Of a stretch of DNA of 64,000 bases, positions 62,347 through 64,000 are shown piece after piece. The stretch is from Planctomycetota bacterium (lineage in GTDB: Bacteria > Planctomycetota > Phycisphaerae > UBA1845): NCBI GenBank assembly GCA_030616775.1, contig JAUWWQ010000006.1, positions 1 to 64,000 on the forward strand, in the 5' to 3' direction. Numbering within the stretch: position 1 is the stretch's first letter; every line of letters starts with the position of its first letter. Below the pieces are notes generated by a model. The model saw only the letters and a list, made by a program, of their open reading frames with translations, was not told where the DNA came from and ran no database searches. Both the position numbers and the translations under genes were made by a program.

Positions 62347-63951
62347 TCATCTGGCGAACAACTCCTGCAGGATCGGTTTCAGCCACGGCTCGACGTACGC
62401 CACGAAAGCCCACACCGCAAAACCGTATAGCAGCAAAGCAAACGCGAGGCGAGCGAAACCCTCCACGCCGATATCCTCACAGAAGTCTTTTATGTTGGCC
62501 ACGGTTCCTTGCCAACACTCGAGTAACCTGCCACTACGCCCTTTCGACTCGCGCTTGGTTTTGACGCGGCCGAGTGTCTTCGAACCCGGCCTCGTTCCTC
62601 GACGTTCTGTCGCTCGGCGTGGTCTGCGTACTTCGCCATTCGCCTGTCCTAGCACATCAGGTGTTCCCATGAGCCGAGCCACGCGATCCGAAGCAAACGG
62701 GTGCGTATAACCCGGGATCTCGGATCCAAACAGGAAGCGATCACAGATGACCATTCTCCCGGCAACGTTGCGCGCTGCCGATTTCAGTCTCTGTTCGATA
62801 GTCACGCGATCCGGGCCGCGATCACCGACACCGGTAGTGCGTATTGCGAATCGACCGACATGTATCTTCCTAATCGCGCCTGTAATTGCCTCCGTACCTC
62901 CTGTCAATTTGGCAGCAACATCGTCCGCACCGAACTCTTCCGACACAAGGTCGAACAACAACGCGAGTACGTTATTCGGAAACAGCCCCAGTCGGGACAC
63001 AAGGCCTGCCCACGCGAGCTTCCGAACGGTTGTGGAATGAGCCAACTCGTGTATCACCGTTGCGTTGAGCTCGTCCTCATCCAGCGCTGAGAGGGCACCT
63101 CGTGTAACGCACAGCAGCTGCCGGCGGCGGAGTAACGAGCCGCGCAGGCATACGTGGGGGCTTCTCGAAGGCGTAACTCGGACGGACGCGGCGCGTGAGC
63201 CCATCCTGCCCGCCCAGCGGTCGACGATGGCTTGGAGTCGCTTTCTTTCTCGCGCTCCCGAGAGCAGACGCCCCGGAAGCTTGCCGAACGCATGGCCGAT
63301 TCGGACCAATAGACCCACGACGTGCCGAAGCAAGAACAGACAGCTTGGAATCGCGAACAGGAGAGGTGTCAGCCGTCCAATCGAGCCATACGTATGCTCT
63401 GACCCTGCTAAACCAAGTGAACGCTGCAACAGCATCATTGATTCAGGAAACACCGAGTAGGCCGCATAGGCCGGTGACCACAGGAAGGCTCTATCCCAGA
63501 AGACAAAGGCAACCGCCTCGACGGCAAGCAGAGCTGCGGCCCAGTTGGCGAGGGCACCGGCAGCAAACGTCATGAGCACGCACGTCCTCAGGGCAATGGC
63601 CGGTCCGCCGTGCTGGTGCCCGAGGCCGGTGGGAAGGTGCGGCAGCGCAATTGTCGCTTCTTGTGACGACCCCACATGATTCTGCCAATCCCGCACCATC
63701 CTGAGCAGCGTTTGCCAGACGCCCAAGATTCTCACGAGCAATGTGAGCAGCAAGGCCAGGAGCGCTGCCGCGCCCATGGTCGTGGAGATCTTCACCCATG
63801 TTTCCTGGCTGAGCCGGATCTCCGTCCTGCTATCCATCTCGGAGGCCGCGCGACCTGTCGCTTCTTCGTACGCGCGCGAGTCCATCGGTTCGAGGCCTTC
63901 GGCGGCCAGAGCTTCCATGCTCAGGATGCGAGGGAGGGCAGCTACTTGCAT
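62347..63951 (-). CDS. M48/M56-family (HtpX/BlaR1-like) membrane zinc metalloprotease
   Basis: 534 aa. Multiple TM helices, 'VIHELAHS' HExxH motif and a long C-terminal soluble region. The N-terminus lies near the window edge. Confidence 0.6.
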   Translation of the reverse strand: MQVAALPRILSMEALAAEGLEPMDSRAYEEATGRAASEMDSRTEIRLSQETWVKISTTMGAAALLALLLTLLVRILGVWQTLLRMVRDWQNHVGSSQEATIALPHLPTGLGHQHGGPAIALRTCVLMTFAAGALANWAAALLAVEAVAFVFWDRAFLWSPAYAAYSVFPESMMLLQRSLGLAGSEHTYGSIGRLTPLLFAIPSCLFLLRHVVGLLVRIGHAFGKLPGRLLSGARERKRLQAIVDRWAGRMGSRAASVRVTPSRSPHVCLRGSLLRRRQLLCVTRGALSALDEDELNATVIHELAHSTTVRKLAWAGLVSRLGLFPNNVLALLFDLVSEEFGADDVAAKLTGGTEAITGAIRKIHVGRFAIRTTGVGDRGPDRVTIEQRLKSAARNVAGRMVICDRFLFGSEIPGYTHPFASDRVARLMGTPDVLGQANGEVRRPRRATERRGTRPGSKTLGRVKTKRESKGRSGRLLECWQGTVANIKDFCEDIGVEGFARLAFALLLYGFAVWAFVAYVEPWLKPILQELFAR

Positions 63952-64000
63952 GCTTGGGCCGCCCTCAACAGCGGCATTCGCAGCGAGGTAGACGGCGTAC

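Overview
The window reads as a high-GC (~62%) Planctomycetota-like chromosomal segment. This is inferred from a Ser/Thr kinase fused to a formylglycine-generating-enzyme (FGE) domain, an ECF sigma factor paired with a kinase, a GYF/DUF4339 membrane protein and abundant zinc-ribbon proteins. It opens inside a 23S rRNA gene (+ strand, ends ~1720) that carries three short hairpin insertions sharing one inverted-repeat core. Where a 5S gene would be expected there is instead a degraded IS1634/IS4-like transposase remnant. Housekeeping content follows: a FliA-type sigma factor; a TolC-HlyD-ABC ATPase efflux operon with no permease gene; a Kdo/WaaP-kinase-fold protein translationally coupled to a macro-domain protein; a large S8 protease with PKD domains and a C-terminal sorting signal; and stand-alone Clp-N, ribbon-helix-helix and SPFH proteins. 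A complete F1Fo ATP synthase operon (atpZ-I-B-E-F-H-A-G-D-C, minus strand) is interrupted between atpG and atpD by a four-helix-bundle '23S-IVS protein' gene framed by a perfect 18-bp inverted repeat. After that come asd, tRNA-Pro(CGG), thiL and tsaE. An intact IS481-family element with ~30-bp terminal inverted repeats sits directly after the tsaE stop codon. A tight four-gene cluster (FHA/zinc-ribbon protein, two CsgG/LpoB-fold envelope proteins, zinc-ribbon-SPFH coiled-coil protein) lies divergent from the kinase-FGE gene. An M48 protease, ECF sigma factor and zf-HC2 kinase form another operon. The last ~16 kb (about 48.1-64.0 kb) looks like horizontally acquired material. It is bounded by degraded IS3-family fragments and holds a tyrosine integrase and a minus-strand operon of a zinc-ribbon Mrr-type restriction-nuclease-domain protein, a small helical protein, an SbcD/YhaO-like phosphoesterase and a 1173-aa SbcC/YhaN-like Rad50-family ATPase. 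This is a candidate defence or DNA-processing module and the best lead in the window. It also contains low-GC patches, a receiver-domain protein, membrane proteins and an M48/BlaR1-like peptidase. No CRISPR array was seen. Every annotation rests on motif recognition by eye and needs homology searches to confirm.
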